Made by a program: the position numbers and the translations under genes. Below, piece after piece: positions 10,399-19,149 of a stretch of 64,000 bases of DNA. This stretch comes from a phage. Below the pieces are notes generated by a model that saw only the letters and a program-made list of their open reading frames with translations, was not told the origin of the DNA and made no database searches. The DNA lies in sequence record OZ346212.1, one strand, 5' to 3'. Within the stretch, counting starts at the first letter, position 1; the number at the start of each line of letters is the position of its first letter.

Positions 10399-10824
10399 AT
10401 GATCTATGAAATGCCAAAACTGATTCGTGACGATGCCCAAAACGCCCACACCTTTATCATGGGCAAGCGCATGGATATTATTTGTCATAAAGATTTCTGG
10501 GAAGGTAGTTACTTCACAGAATATTTTGGTAAACTGGATAATGGTCTGCTGATCCAGTTCTACACCGATGCGGAAAACAATATCTGCTGGGAGTTCGAAA
10601 CTGAAGATATCCATAAACTTTTCACCTTCCTAGGTATTAAGGTTGAGGCCAAGTTTGAAGAAGGCGAGTGCGACGATTGTGGATTCTACGAGGTAACAGA
10701 TTTCTATCTCCCAAGTGGTGAGAACCTTTACTATGAAAGCCACTTCGGCAACTCAAATATGCCACAAGGTTGGGATGAGTTTTTTGAAATTGCGGAAGAG
10801 GAGCTGACATACCGTGATTATTGA
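10399..10824 (+). CDS. hypothetical protein
   Basis: ORF track; RBS CCGGAGA. Confidence 0.5.
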   Translation: MIYEMPKLIRDDAQNAHTFIMGKRMDIICHKDFWEGSYFTEYFGKLDNGLLIQFYTDAENNICWEFETEDIHKLFTFLGIKVEAKFEEGECDDCGFYEVTDFYLPSGENLYYESHFGNSNMPQGWDEFFEIAEEELTYRDY

Positions 10825-11272
10825 TACTGTAGCGGGAGATTTAATCTCCCTTTTTAAGAGCGGTGCTGGTCACCTGATCCACGGTTGTAACTGCTTTCAT
10901 ACAATGGGTGCAGGCATAGCGAAAGATATTGCCCGTGAGTTCCCTCAAGCACTGGCAGCCGACAAAGAGACTGCCTATGGTAATCTGGACAAGCTGGGTA
11001 TGTTTTCTTGTTGGGAGCATTTTGCCAAGAACAGGGTCGTATATGGAATCAACCTGTATACCCAGTTCTACCCAGGGCCCAATGCTGAATACTTCTCAAT
11101 AATGAAAGGTTTTGAGCGAGTCAACGAGGTATTCAAAGGTGTGTCATTGCCGTTCTACATTCCTAAAATTGGATGCGGTATTGGCGGTCTAAAGTGGGAA
11201 CATGTAGAAGATGTAATTAATCTTGCAACCACAGATATTGATGTGGTTGTAGTAGAGTACAAAAAGTGTTGA
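10814..11272 (+). CDS. macrodomain (ADP-ribose binding/processing) protein
   Basis: HGCNCFHTMGAGIAKDI resembles the macro-domain N..N / GxG(V/I) ADP-ribose pocket; GTG start. Confidence 0.6.
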   Translation: MIIDTVAGDLISLFKSGAGHLIHGCNCFHTMGAGIAKDIAREFPQALAADKETAYGNLDKLGMFSCWEHFAKNRVVYGINLYTQFYPGPNAEYFSIMKGFERVNEVFKGVSLPFYIPKIGCGIGGLKWEHVEDVINLATTDIDVVVVEYKKC

Positions 11273-11296
11273 CGACCATCTTCTGAGGTGATATAG
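11268..11296 (+). promoter_or_regulatory. sigma70-like promoter (TTGACG-N17-TATAGT)
   Basis: Read from sequence. Confidence 0.5.
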
Positions 11297-11523
11297 TTTC
11301 CACAACAACTAAGAGAGGAGAGCACTGTGGAGACTAAAATCTTAATTCTTGCTGTGGTAGATACAACCGAAGGAGCTATATTCGAATCTGCAGGGGGGTA
11401 TTTCTACCTACCATACGGAAAAAGAACTTCCGAGCCAAGTAAAGATTCAATCCTCAAGGTGTTCCCGTGTGCTTTCTGGCTGGAGATTTTGGTATAAGAT
11501 TGCAGAGGATTTGGGAGAGAATT

Positions 11524-11718
11524 ATGAGAAACAAGAAAGAGCTTTACTCTGGTGAGTGGATCAACGATCAACAGGTGGGAGAGGTAACCTGCTTCCGATG
11601 TTTTACCAGGTACAATCTTAAAACTGCACCAAAAAGTGTTCCAAAGACTGACGGTTATTACATAAAAGAACCTCATTGCCCAAAATGTAAATGCCGATTA
11701 TACTGGAGTAACCTGTAA
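11524..11718 (+). CDS. zinc-ribbon protein
   Basis: CFRC...CPKC; start moved to ATG 11524 after RBS GGGAGAG. Confidence 0.45.
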   Translation: MRNKKELYSGEWINDQQVGEVTCFRCFTRYNLKTAPKSVPKTDGYYIKEPHCPKCKCRLYWSNL

Positions 11719-11723
11719 AAGAT

Positions 11724-11751
11724 TGACATCTGAAAACTGCAGTGTATAATA
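11724..11751 (+). promoter_or_regulatory. sigma70-like promoter (TTGACA-N16-TATAAT)
   Basis: Read from sequence. Confidence 0.55.
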
Positions 11752-11781
11752 TATGCATAAACTAACAGAGAGTGATGTATT

Positions 11782-11973
11782 ATGGTAATTTTTAACCGGG
11801 ATGGTATCATAGTTAGACAGCACCCGTTCCTTGAATACTATCAAATTGAGCAATGGTGCTACGGGGATTGCAGTCACTCCTATGGGCAAAGTTGGGGATA
11901 TCGTACAGTTTTTGAATCCACAGACCTTGACAAAGTAAAACAGAAAGTTTTAGAACTTCTTAACAACAAGTGA
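11782..11973 (+). CDS. hypothetical protein
   Basis: ORF track. Confidence 0.4.
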   Translation: MVIFNRDGIIVRQHPFLEYYQIEQWCYGDCSHSYGQSWGYRTVFESTDLDKVKQKVLELLNNK

Positions 11974-11983
11974 GTATCGTGCC

Positions 11984-12316
11984 ATGGTAACATTGGAAAG
12001 ACGTAAAGCTATTGCCGCCACACTGGCAGACATCTTTTGGGATTGTAATTTAAAATCTACCCGAAATTGTGGTGCATCTGTAGATGTATTATTCCCACGG
12101 CCTACTATTGTTGCAATGGGCAACCTGCTCGATGTGGTATATGGAGCATGGGACAAGGAAGGTGGATTCTATATCTGGCAACCTGACTACGGGACTTGGA
12201 AAGAGGTTAGTGGTTCTTCGGACTTCACTCCTGCAGTGGCTAAAATGGATGGCTGGAAAATCTATGTCGGTAACGACATGGAACTGAAAGGCGAAATTGT
12301 TTACTGGTTACCTTAA
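11984..12316 (+). CDS. hypothetical protein
   Basis: ORF track. Confidence 0.45.
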   Translation: MVTLERRKAIAATLADIFWDCNLKSTRNCGASVDVLFPRPTIVAMGNLLDVVYGAWDKEGGFYIWQPDYGTWKEVSGSSDFTPAVAKMDGWKIYVGNDMELKGEIVYWLP

Positions 12317-12337
12317 GAAAGTCCAGGAGATAAAGTT

Positions 12338-12583
12338 ATGAACAAAGGGTGGACATTTGTAGACGGCGTTAAAAACATGCCTCTAGGAAAGTATATTGTA
12401 GCCATGGCAGATGAGAATGGCAAGGTTGATTTCGGAGTTTGCGAGGTTGTTCTTGCAGGATCTGGTGACTATGCTCACAAAACTGGGATAATTAACGGTC
12501 ATTTCTACTTTGATTACAACCCTGTTGTGGCGTATATGGCTATGCCAGAGTTCGAGCTCCCAAAGGAAGGTGCAGATGTTTAA
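12338..12583 (+). CDS. hypothetical protein
   Basis: ORF track; RBS CAGGAGA. Confidence 0.45.
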   Translation: MNKGWTFVDGVKNMPLGKYIVAMADENGKVDFGVCEVVLAGSGDYAHKTGIINGHFYFDYNPVVAYMAMPEFELPKEGADV

Positions 12584-12773
12584 GCTTAAATCTGCATGGA
12601 ACATCGCTGTGGGGGACGAGATCCGTATCCCAGGTGGAAAGACCATTATGAAAATATCTCGTATCGAGTACGAAGGTGATCGTGTATTTCATATCTTTGC
12701 AGAAGATGGTCGAGAGATTTATATACAGGTAGGATCTCACATCTATATTCGTAAGAAAGGGGAGGACAAATGA
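12576..12773 (+). CDS. hypothetical protein
   Basis: Start moved to ATG 12576 after RBS AAGGAAGG. Confidence 0.4.
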   Translation: MFKLKSAWNIAVGDEIRIPGGKTIMKISRIEYEGDRVFHIFAEDGREIYIQVGSHIYIRKKGEDK

Positions 12774-13099
12774 CAGAGATCATCATTTCAACTGCAGGGT
12801 ATGTATTCCTGACAATCATTGCACTGGCTATTTTGGTGACAGTGTATGGGTTTGTTATCCTTCCTATCCTTGAGACATTTAGTTTGTGTCGGTGTTGGAG
12901 AAAAGCTTACGGTCCACAACCATGGAAGGACTGGCCCCACCTGGTGCGCTTAGCGTTCTCTTATGCTTACGATCACTCCAGTAGTGCATGCATAACCGGA
13001 TACCACGCCCACAACTGGAGCTGGGAAGGGTTGAGGAAATGGAATGTTACAAAGACCATACCTCTGCGCATGTACAAACCTAAAAACAAAGACAACTGA
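12770..13099 (+). CDS. membrane protein
   Basis: N-terminal hydrophobic helix; RBS GGGGAGGA. Confidence 0.45.
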   Translation: MTEIIISTAGYVFLTIIALAILVTVYGFVILPILETFSLCRCWRKAYGPQPWKDWPHLVRLAFSYAYDHSSSACITGYHAHNWSWEGLRKWNVTKTIPLRMYKPKNKDN

Positions 13100-13705
13100 T
13101 ACTTGAAAATTCCTGGCATATCAAGTATAAGGGGGATTTCTAAAATGGATTTCCTCCTTTTGATATTTCACCGGGCTGGATATTTTAAAATTCTTAGAAA
13201 ATCAGAAAATGGATCGAAAACTAAAATGGATTTTTCAGAGTAGGCGCGACAAGCTGAATAACTCATCCTATCGTTTGCACCATATTCCAGGCCACCATTA
13301 TAGATTTCCCACACATGCTAACCTCTCCCTACTAGAACTTCCTCCACTTACCCTTGACCTTCTATGGTAACAATCTAACCGCTATCTTGAAGTTGCGGTG
13401 CAGCTTTCCAGGTACTCGATCTACTTTTCATTTCAGGGCTTGGATTTTCTGAAAATTTTTCTCGATAAATTTCTCAGTACTCGATCTGTTTTTCGTTTTC
13501 TGAATCGGATTTTCTGGAAATCGTTCCGGCTCTCAACCTGAAATTTTTGGGGACGAAATCGATTTTTCGTTTTCAGAAATGGATTTTTAAAATTTCTATA
13601 TGGGAATATTTTAGTGGATACTGTTTTATAGGAAATTGTTACGGAGGGTAATTAGCATGCTAATTAAATTTATTAAATGCGAGGAGTTCTCATTTAGAAT
13701 TTTGA
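13100..13705. repeat. AT-rich non-coding region with reiterated TGGATTTT-type motifs and ~50-bp direct repeats
   Basis: No credible ORF; motif at ~13147, 13181, 13230, 13440, 13510, 13590; direct repeats at ~13407 and ~13475. Confidence 0.6.
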
Positions 13706-14280
13706 ATGATAATCATTCTCGTTTGCAGAATAACGGGCAGGCCCGGTGATTGTCTCCCGGCCCCTGTTGCCCCGGCTTGTTATTATAGTATCACACAGGA
13801 CAAAGAAAGCAAGGACTTTTTGCATAAATTTTTAAATGATAATGATAACCGTTCTCATTTTATGCAGCGCCCATCCCCGGTGGTTGTCTCCCCCGTCACC
13901 GGTGCCTGCCGTCCTTTCGATATGTATATTGTGCCACCTGGCGGGGCCGCTGTCAACACTTTTCAAAAAATTTTTCTAACCTGGTGCGCTAACCGTTGCA
14001 ACCTGGCGGGGCCAGCCTGGCAGGACCTAACTGACCAGGTAGGGGAGAATGAAGGCTTGTAAACCTGGTGGGCCTATGCTACAGGATAGGTAACAATTGA
14101 AGAGGAGGTACAAAAATGATATGATCCCCCTGGAAAATGTAGCTATTAATGACTCTGAGGCTATCGCCCTGGTTGAAAAGGCTATGGCGGGAGCGTTGGA
14201 ACATAAAGAAGAGTACGAAAATGGTGGTTAACCTGGCGGGGGCGGCAGGTGGATTCTATCATAAAAATAATTTAAAATAG
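13706..14280. repeat. GC-rich repeat family (AACCTGGCGGGGCC) and duplicated ~60-bp segments
   Basis: Motif at ~13936, 14000, 14229 (also 20056); segments 13700-13790 and 13830-13920 share TGATAAT...CCGGTG(A/G)TTGTCTCCC. Confidence 0.55.
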
Positions 14281-14283
14281 TAG

Positions 14284-14311
14284 TTGACAACAAGGTTAAT
14301 CATGGTATTAT
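14284..14311 (+). promoter_or_regulatory. sigma70-like promoter (TTGACA-N16-TATTAT)
   Basis: Read from sequence. Confidence 0.55.
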
Positions 14312-14361
14312 TACCCTACAAGGTGAACAACACCGCACTAACCAGTAAAGAGGATAAATTT

Positions 14362-14559
14362 ATGAACGCATACGGGATCAAAGTACGTCGCAACACTCGC
14401 CAGGTGGTCACCAATCAAGTGATTTGCCGGGTGGATGTAACCATCAACAACGGGCAAGGCCTTTATAAATTTCGTCGCGGTCATAGCTATACCCTGCAAC
14501 AGCTTAATCGTTGCGCCCTGACAAAAGGTCAGATCAACCACTGGTTTAATAAAAAATAA
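14362..14559 (+). CDS. hypothetical early protein
   Basis: ATG 14362 after RBS AAGAGGA. Confidence 0.5.
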   Translation: MNAYGIKVRRNTRQVVTNQVICRVDVTINNGQGLYKFRRGHSYTLQQLNRCALTKGQINHWFNKK

Positions 14560-14623
14560 GTATTGACATACAGTCAGACACCAAATACACTAAAAGCACA
14601 AAAGACACTAAGAGGATAAAATC

Positions 14624-14809
14624 ATGAAAACCACTACCTTTAATTTTGATAATGCAGACTTTTCTTTTTCTGATGTCAAGAACTGCCGCCGTGATCGTGG
14701 ATTTTACAAGGCTTATAATCTGGTGGGCCTGGACGATGACAATAATTTGCACGAAGTAGCTGAGATCCAGCTTGACAGATTGGACGGGAAAGTACTAAAA
14801 ACTTATTGA
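14624..14809 (+). CDS. hypothetical early protein
   Basis: RBS AAGAGGA; own promoter at 14563. Confidence 0.5.
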   Translation: MKTTTFNFDNADFSFSDVKNCRRDRGFYKAYNLVGLDDDNNLHEVAEIQLDRLDGKVLKTY

Positions 14810-14811
14810 GT

Positions 14812-14856
14812 TTATTTTTAGATGGCCTTGACACCAGGGCCATCAATAAAGTAAAC
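14812..14856 (+). repeat. conserved 45-bp promoter-associated element, copy 1
   Basis: TTATTTTTAGATGGCCTTGACACCAGGGCCATCAATAAAGTAAAC; TTGACA sits in the loop of the ATGGCC/GGCCAT inverted repeat. Confidence 0.6.
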
Positions 14857-14889
14857 TAACCACAGTTGAGCGGAAAAGGAGGCTTAAAG

Positions 14890-15012
14890 ATGAGCACTAC
14901 ACGCCAGCACACAAAGGTAACCATCATCGTTTGCATCATTGGGTACATCCTGGCGCAAATGTTGATGGGTAGCGCCAACGGTGTCGCAAAATTTTTCTTA
15001 AACTTTTAATTG
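14890..15012 (+). CDS. small hydrophobic peptide (40 aa)
   Basis: Not in ORF track (<60 aa); RBS AAAGGAGG; MSTTRQHTKVTIIVCIIGYILAQMLMGSANGVAKFFLTFN. Confidence 0.45.
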
Positions 15013-15036
15013 ACAAGCTAACTTAAATCGATATAA
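15009..15036 (+). promoter_or_regulatory. sigma70-like promoter (TTGACA-N16-TATAAT)
   Basis: Read from sequence. Confidence 0.6.
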
Positions 15037-15088
15037 TAAGCACATAAACGGGAAAACTTCCCAGAACACACAAAAGGAGAAAAACACC

Positions 15089-15430
15089 ATGACTACTATG
15101 ACCGCCTCAGAAAAAGCTATGCAGATCGCTGAACTGAAAAAACAGATCGCAGACCTTGAGAATAAGATCGATAACTTTGAAATCGACGAGGACAAGTACG
15201 ACGAAAACTATGATGAATGGTTAGACGAGATCTACGGCGAAATTATGATCGGAAACATTTCTTTTCTTCCGTCGCGTATCCTCAAGGAGCTAGATCCTAT
15301 CGCTTACCGCTGCGGATTTAGCGACTACATCGACAGCCTGGATATTGAGGACGATGAAGAATACCAGGAATTACAGACAGAGTTAGAAGAAGCAAAAGAA
15401 GAGCTTGCGGAGCTGGAAGAAAACGAGTAA
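15089..15430 (+). CDS. acidic coiled-coil protein
   Basis: RBS AAAGGAGA; E/D-rich. Confidence 0.55.
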   Translation: MTTMTASEKAMQIAELKKQIADLENKIDNFEIDEDKYDENYDEWLDEIYGEIMIGNISFLPSRILKELDPIAYRCGFSDYIDSLDIEDDEEYQELQTELEEAKEELAELEENE

Positions 15431-15432
15431 GC

Positions 15433-15477
15433 TTATTTTTAGATGGCCTTGACACCAGGGCCATCAATAAAGTAAAC
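15433..15477 (+). repeat. conserved 45-bp promoter-associated element, copy 2
   Basis: Identical to copy 1. Confidence 0.6.
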
Positions 15478-15519
15478 TTTATACTGTTAACACTGAACTA
15501 ATGCATAGGAGTTAAAACC

Positions 15520-15765
15520 ATGGCAGCACTAATCACCAAATATTATGCCCCTACCAACACCAAAAGCGCCCGTATCATGGTAAAAGGCTTCGGACGTAAA
15601 AAGGTGTACACCTGGGATTATGCCTTAGACACGGAAGACAACTACACCAACGCAATGACCGATTTTATTAATGAACTAAATAAGCAGATCTTGACAAGTT
15701 ATAAAGTGACCGATATTGCTTATATAGGTGAAGGCGGGATCTGTTTTGTAGGCATTGTGAAATAG
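15520..15765 (+). CDS. hypothetical early protein
   Basis: RBS TAGGAG. Confidence 0.5.
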   Translation: MAALITKYYAPTNTKSARIMVKGFGRKKVYTWDYALDTEDNYTNAMTDFINELNKQILTSYKVTDIAYIGEGGICFVGIVK

Positions 15766-15839
15766 TTATTTTTTCGGTGGTCCTGGTTGCAGGGCCATCT
15801 ATAAAGATAATTTATTAACACCATGAAAGGAGAAAGTAC

Positions 15840-16193
15840 ATGATCAGCGGGGCAAGTTTTATTATTGGCGCTATTGCTACGGCTTTAATTGTAAATAAGA
15901 TCCAGGATAAAAAGGAAAGAGGAAGTACCGCCCTTGCAGAATATCCATTTTGGGCATTCAACGATAACGAAGATTATATTATAAAGTATAAAAATAAAGA
16001 AGGTGACCAAGTAACACCGCGACCGATCCCGGCTTACAAAATGCAGGAAACACTATACCGCCTGGAGGCGGGTGGCGCAAAAATTGTAGACTTTTGGGGA
16101 TACGACCACACAGATCAGGAAGTTATAAAGCGCCGTATCCGGGCTATTCAGGCCAATATTGAAGTTAGCAAGGGGGGAATATATGAAAATTAA
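15840..16193 (+). CDS. membrane-anchored protein
   Basis: N-terminal TM helix; RBS AAAGGAGA. Confidence 0.5.
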   Translation: MISGASFIIGAIATALIVNKIQDKKERGSTALAEYPFWAFNDNEDYIIKYKNKEGDQVTPRPIPAYKMQETLYRLEAGGAKIVDFWGYDHTDQEVIKRRIRAIQANIEVSKGGIYEN

Positions 16194-16380
16194 TTTCGAG
16201 AAAATTGTAAAGCGCCCTCATGATTCCGAAGAGCTGCCAGAACGCCGCCAGCGTAACAATAAACTGAATAAGCCAAAAAGGTTTGGGAAGATCTGGCGTA
16301 ATCATTATGATCGTAAATTGCCCGGCCTACTTTTGGAACGTGAACGACAGGCAGAACGATACCGCCATAAAGACAAATAA
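16183..16380 (+). CDS. small basic protein
   Basis: Start moved to ATG 16183 after RBS AAGGGGGG; K/R-rich. Confidence 0.45.
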   Translation: MKINFEKIVKRPHDSEELPERRQRNNKLNKPKRFGKIWRNHYDRKLPGLLLERERQAERYRHKDK

Positions 16381-16388
16381 CAACCAAC

Positions 16389-16418
16389 GCCCCGCCATTG
16401 TGCGGGGCTTTTTATTTC
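16389..16418 (+). terminator. intrinsic terminator
   Basis: GCCCCGC-cattgt-GCGGGGC followed by TTTTTATTT. Confidence 0.75.
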
Positions 16419-16537
16419 TATCCTACGAATAGCGCCCCTGGTTGGCCCTGTAAGCGCCAAAAAGGCCCCCACCTATGCAATCGCCCCTTTAACCTGAAAA
16501 CATCGCCCAGGGCCGTTTCATGGCGTTAAAAATATCA

Positions 16538-16565
16538 TTGACATCGTCAACAGGTTAGCTATACT
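16538..16565 (+). promoter_or_regulatory. sigma70-like promoter (TTGACA-N16-TATACT)
   Basis: Read from sequence. Confidence 0.55.
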
Positions 16566-16597
16566 AACCACATCAAAGAGAGAAAGGAGTAAACGCC

Positions 16598-16858
16598 ATG
16601 CGTAAATTAAAAAATTTTGATAAAGTTGATGTTATCCTGAATAATTTTTACTACTGCAACAACAAGGCTATTTGGTGGCGTGATAGTTCCACCGATAAAG
16701 TCAGGGCGCGCTTTCTTCAGGGGCACTGGCAAGGCCGCCCAGTGATTAAAATCATGGGGCAATCGGTAGCGTTTAAAAATTGCCGCCGTGTTGATGACGT
16801 TGAGGAGATTTTAAACATTTTGCGCCACAATAATTTAAAAAATAGTGTTGACAAGTAA
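16598..16858 (+). CDS. hypothetical early protein
   Basis: RBS AAAGGAG. Confidence 0.5.
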   Translation: MRKLKNFDKVDVILNNFYYCNNKAIWWRDSSTDKVRARFLQGHWQGRPVIKIMGQSVAFKNCRRVDDVEEILNILRHNNLKNSVDK

Positions 16859-16875
16859 GCCTCAATAAGTATACT
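16848..16875 (+). promoter_or_regulatory. sigma70-like promoter (TTGACA-N16-TATACT)
   Basis: Read from sequence. Confidence 0.55.
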
Positions 16876-16932
16876 TAAACACACAGGCGGGAAAACTTCC
16901 CGCCACTAACAAAGAAAATAGGAGAAAATATC

Positions 16933-17556
16933 ATGACCACCGTTAACATTACCGCAGGTTACAATTTATCTTTCGACGTGCTGACCGACGAACAAAAAGA
17001 AAAAGCCGTTGAAATGGTCCGCGAAAGAGAAGAACACAGCGGGGATAACTTTTTTGCAGAAAGTGTAATTGAATACTATAAAGAATATGTTTTTCCAGAG
17101 TATGGCCTTGAAGATACCGAAGTACATTGGTCAGGCTTTTGGTGCCAGGGTGACGGCGCGTCAATCAGTGCTGAAAACGTGGATTTAGAAAAATTTTTAC
17201 GTAAAGTAAAGGCCCTGACCAAGTTCCGATCAATTCGTCACTTGTTCGGCACAATGCACGATGGCGAGTTATCAGCCAGTGTTGAACGCGACAAGTACAG
17301 CCATTACAGCCATGAAAACACTGTAAGCGGGTACATTGATACCACTTGGCTAGATCTGACCGCCAAACAAGAAAACAAAGTGGAAGACCTGGAAGAACTG
17401 ATCACCGAGACGGTACGGGAGCTATCCCGCAAGGTTTACGTAGACCTGGAGGAGGCCTATCTAGAACAGTTCACCGCAGAAAACCTGATCGGCCTTATCG
17501 AGGCCAATGATTGGCGGTTTGATGTCGATGAATATGGTGAGATGACTTTTTCATAA
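16933..17556 (+). CDS. hypothetical early protein (207 aa, acidic)
   Basis: RBS TAGGAGA; largest ORF of the early cluster. Confidence 0.6.
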   Translation: MTTVNITAGYNLSFDVLTDEQKEKAVEMVREREEHSGDNFFAESVIEYYKEYVFPEYGLEDTEVHWSGFWCQGDGASISAENVDLEKFLRKVKALTKFRSIRHLFGTMHDGELSASVERDKYSHYSHENTVSGYIDTTWLDLTAKQENKVEDLEELITETVRELSRKVYVDLEEAYLEQFTAENLIGLIEANDWRFDVDEYGEMTFS

Positions 17557-17564
17557 ATAAAGTG

Positions 17565-17592
17565 TTGCAATAACCTAAAAACCTGCTATATT
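17565..17592 (+). promoter_or_regulatory. sigma70-like promoter (TTGCAA-N16-TATATT)
   Basis: Read from sequence. Confidence 0.5.
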
Positions 17593-17646
17593 AAAACTCA
17601 AGGGGGCAAGACGTTTGCCCCAACACAAAACAAAGAGGATAACATC

Positions 17647-18027
17647 ATGAAAAACACTACCAAGGCTATTGACACCGTTATGTTTAACCTGGTTACATTC
17701 CGTGAAGATATGAAAGATCTTCCTCGTGAAACAGTGTGCGACCATATCGAAAACTATCGCAAACTAATCAAAGAGTTGCCTTTAAAACGTGATCAATATG
17801 CGGCTAACGCCATGCTTAATGCCATGATCAAAAAGATGATCCAGTGTGATTTAACCCTGGCCTATGATTATGCAGGCGGTCGTTTTGCAGTATACAATCA
17901 GCCCGTGCCCGGTATGAGCACCACCGAAGAATTGCACGCGCTCAATCTAAAACAAGACGTGTGGGATAGTATGCCTCGCGTGGTGGTATGGGTAGAAAGC
18001 GGAAAGATTTACGGCGATAATTTTTAA
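17647..18027 (+). CDS. hypothetical early protein
   Basis: RBS AAGAGGA. Confidence 0.55.
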   Translation: MKNTTKAIDTVMFNLVTFREDMKDLPRETVCDHIENYRKLIKELPLKRDQYAANAMLNAMIKKMIQCDLTLAYDYAGGRFAVYNQPVPGMSTTEELHALNLKQDVWDSMPRVVVWVESGKIYGDNF

Positions 18028-18037
18028 TCAGGTAGCA

Positions 18038-18063
18038 GGCGGCATATTTGCCGCCTTATTGTT
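18038..18063 (+). terminator. intrinsic terminator
   Basis: GGCGGCA-tattt-GCCGCC followed by TTATTGTT. Confidence 0.6.
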
Positions 18064-18091
18064 AATCAGAACTGTAAAAGAGGTACATAGA

Positions 18092-18463
18092 ATGGAATTT
18101 ATTATTTTGGCTGTATTGGTTGCCTTGTTTAACGCCTGGATCGCTGGCAAGATGGGAAGATCCGCCTTTTTATGGTTTATTATATCTATTTTCCTGGGGG
18201 TGGTTGCAACTATTGTATTGGTTATCCTTGCAATTGTTGACAAGGGGAATAATAGAAAGGGTAAAGTATTTTCAGACCTGTACGACGCTCAAACGTTTGT
18301 CAACGCCTATTATAGTGATCTTCCAGTCTCCCTACGTTGCAGCCTTGCACAACAGGTTTTCGATGAAGCTAAAACCAGAGATCACGCCCATGAGATTTGT
18401 TTAACTGAGGCGGATCGCCTATTTGAGAGGAATAGAAAATATGTGGACCAGCCGTTTAAATAA
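18092..18463 (+). CDS. membrane protein
   Basis: Start moved to ATG 18092 after RBS AAGAGG; two hydrophobic helices. Confidence 0.5.
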   Translation: MEFIILAVLVALFNAWIAGKMGRSAFLWFIISIFLGVVATIVLVILAIVDKGNNRKGKVFSDLYDAQTFVNAYYSDLPVSLRCSLAQQVFDEAKTRDHAHEICLTEADRLFERNRKYVDQPFK

Positions 18464-18682
18464 TGCCACGTTAATTAACCCCTTTAGTAAAGATTTGAAG
18501 CCAGCCGCCTGGCGGGATGGATTCAATAACGAACGCTTTATTTTCAGGCCTGATCTTGAGGAATTTTATAACAATGGATCGAACAACAGCGGAGATAATT
18601 TTTCTTGTGGTGTGTGTCGTGATAGGACTCCTGGGGGCCATTGTAGATCGCGTCACTACTACCAGAAGGAAAGGGGGAGACG

Positions 18683-18802
18683 ATGACAACCAAGGATAAG
18701 CCCCGCACCGATAAGGTGCGCCGTGTTATGGTATGGCTTGAGATCATCGCCCTTGAAATATTGTTAGGCGTAGGGATGTATTTTATCTCTGTAAGTAACT
18801 GA
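18683..18802 (+). CDS. small membrane peptide (39 aa)
   Basis: Not in ORF track; strong RBS AAGGGGGAGA; MTTKDKPRTDKVRRVMVWLEIIALEILLGVGMYFISVSN. Confidence 0.45.
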   Translation: MTTKDKPRTDKVRRVMVWLEIIALEILLGVGMYFISVSN

Positions 18803-18806
18803 TAAC

Positions 18807-18838
18807 GGCCCCCGATCCCTGGGGGGCCTAACTTTTTT
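18807..18838 (+). terminator. intrinsic terminator
   Basis: GGCCCCC...GGGGGGCC followed by TTTTTT. Confidence 0.7.
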
Positions 18839-18861
18839 CAAAAAATTTTTCTTCCGGGGTG

Positions 18862-18890
18862 TTGCAATCCGGTCCTGAATATGGATAATA
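18862..18890 (+). promoter_or_regulatory. sigma70-like promoter (TTGCAA-N17-ATAATA)
   Basis: Read from sequence. Confidence 0.5.
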
Positions 18891-18945
18891 ACAATCAACG
18901 GGGAAACATCCCCACCAACACAAAAACCAGAAAGGAGAAACAAAA

Positions 18946-19146
18946 ATGAGCAACAATATCCGCGTTATTAACTTCAAAAAAGAAGAAAAAATTGCCGTGC
19001 TGATTGACGGTCAAGAAATCTTCAAGGGCGACTATGAAGATCATCAAACGGCGATTAGTATCACTCGCGTGATTGGTTACCATAATTTTTACCCCCAAGG
19101 CGCTGAGGCGGCGGTTAAACGAATCAAAGAGATTGTAGGCCTGTAA
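18946..19146 (+). CDS. hypothetical early protein
   Basis: RBS AAAGGAGA. Confidence 0.5.
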   Translation: MSNNIRVINFKKEEKIAVLIDGQEIFKGDYEDHQTAISITRVIGYHNFYPQGAEAAVKRIKEIVGL

Positions 19147-19149
19147 AAT

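Noticed and set aside
13706-14062. 118-aa ORF from the track
   Set aside because: Lies entirely in the GC-rich repeat block, has no RBS and has odd composition; more likely non-coding.
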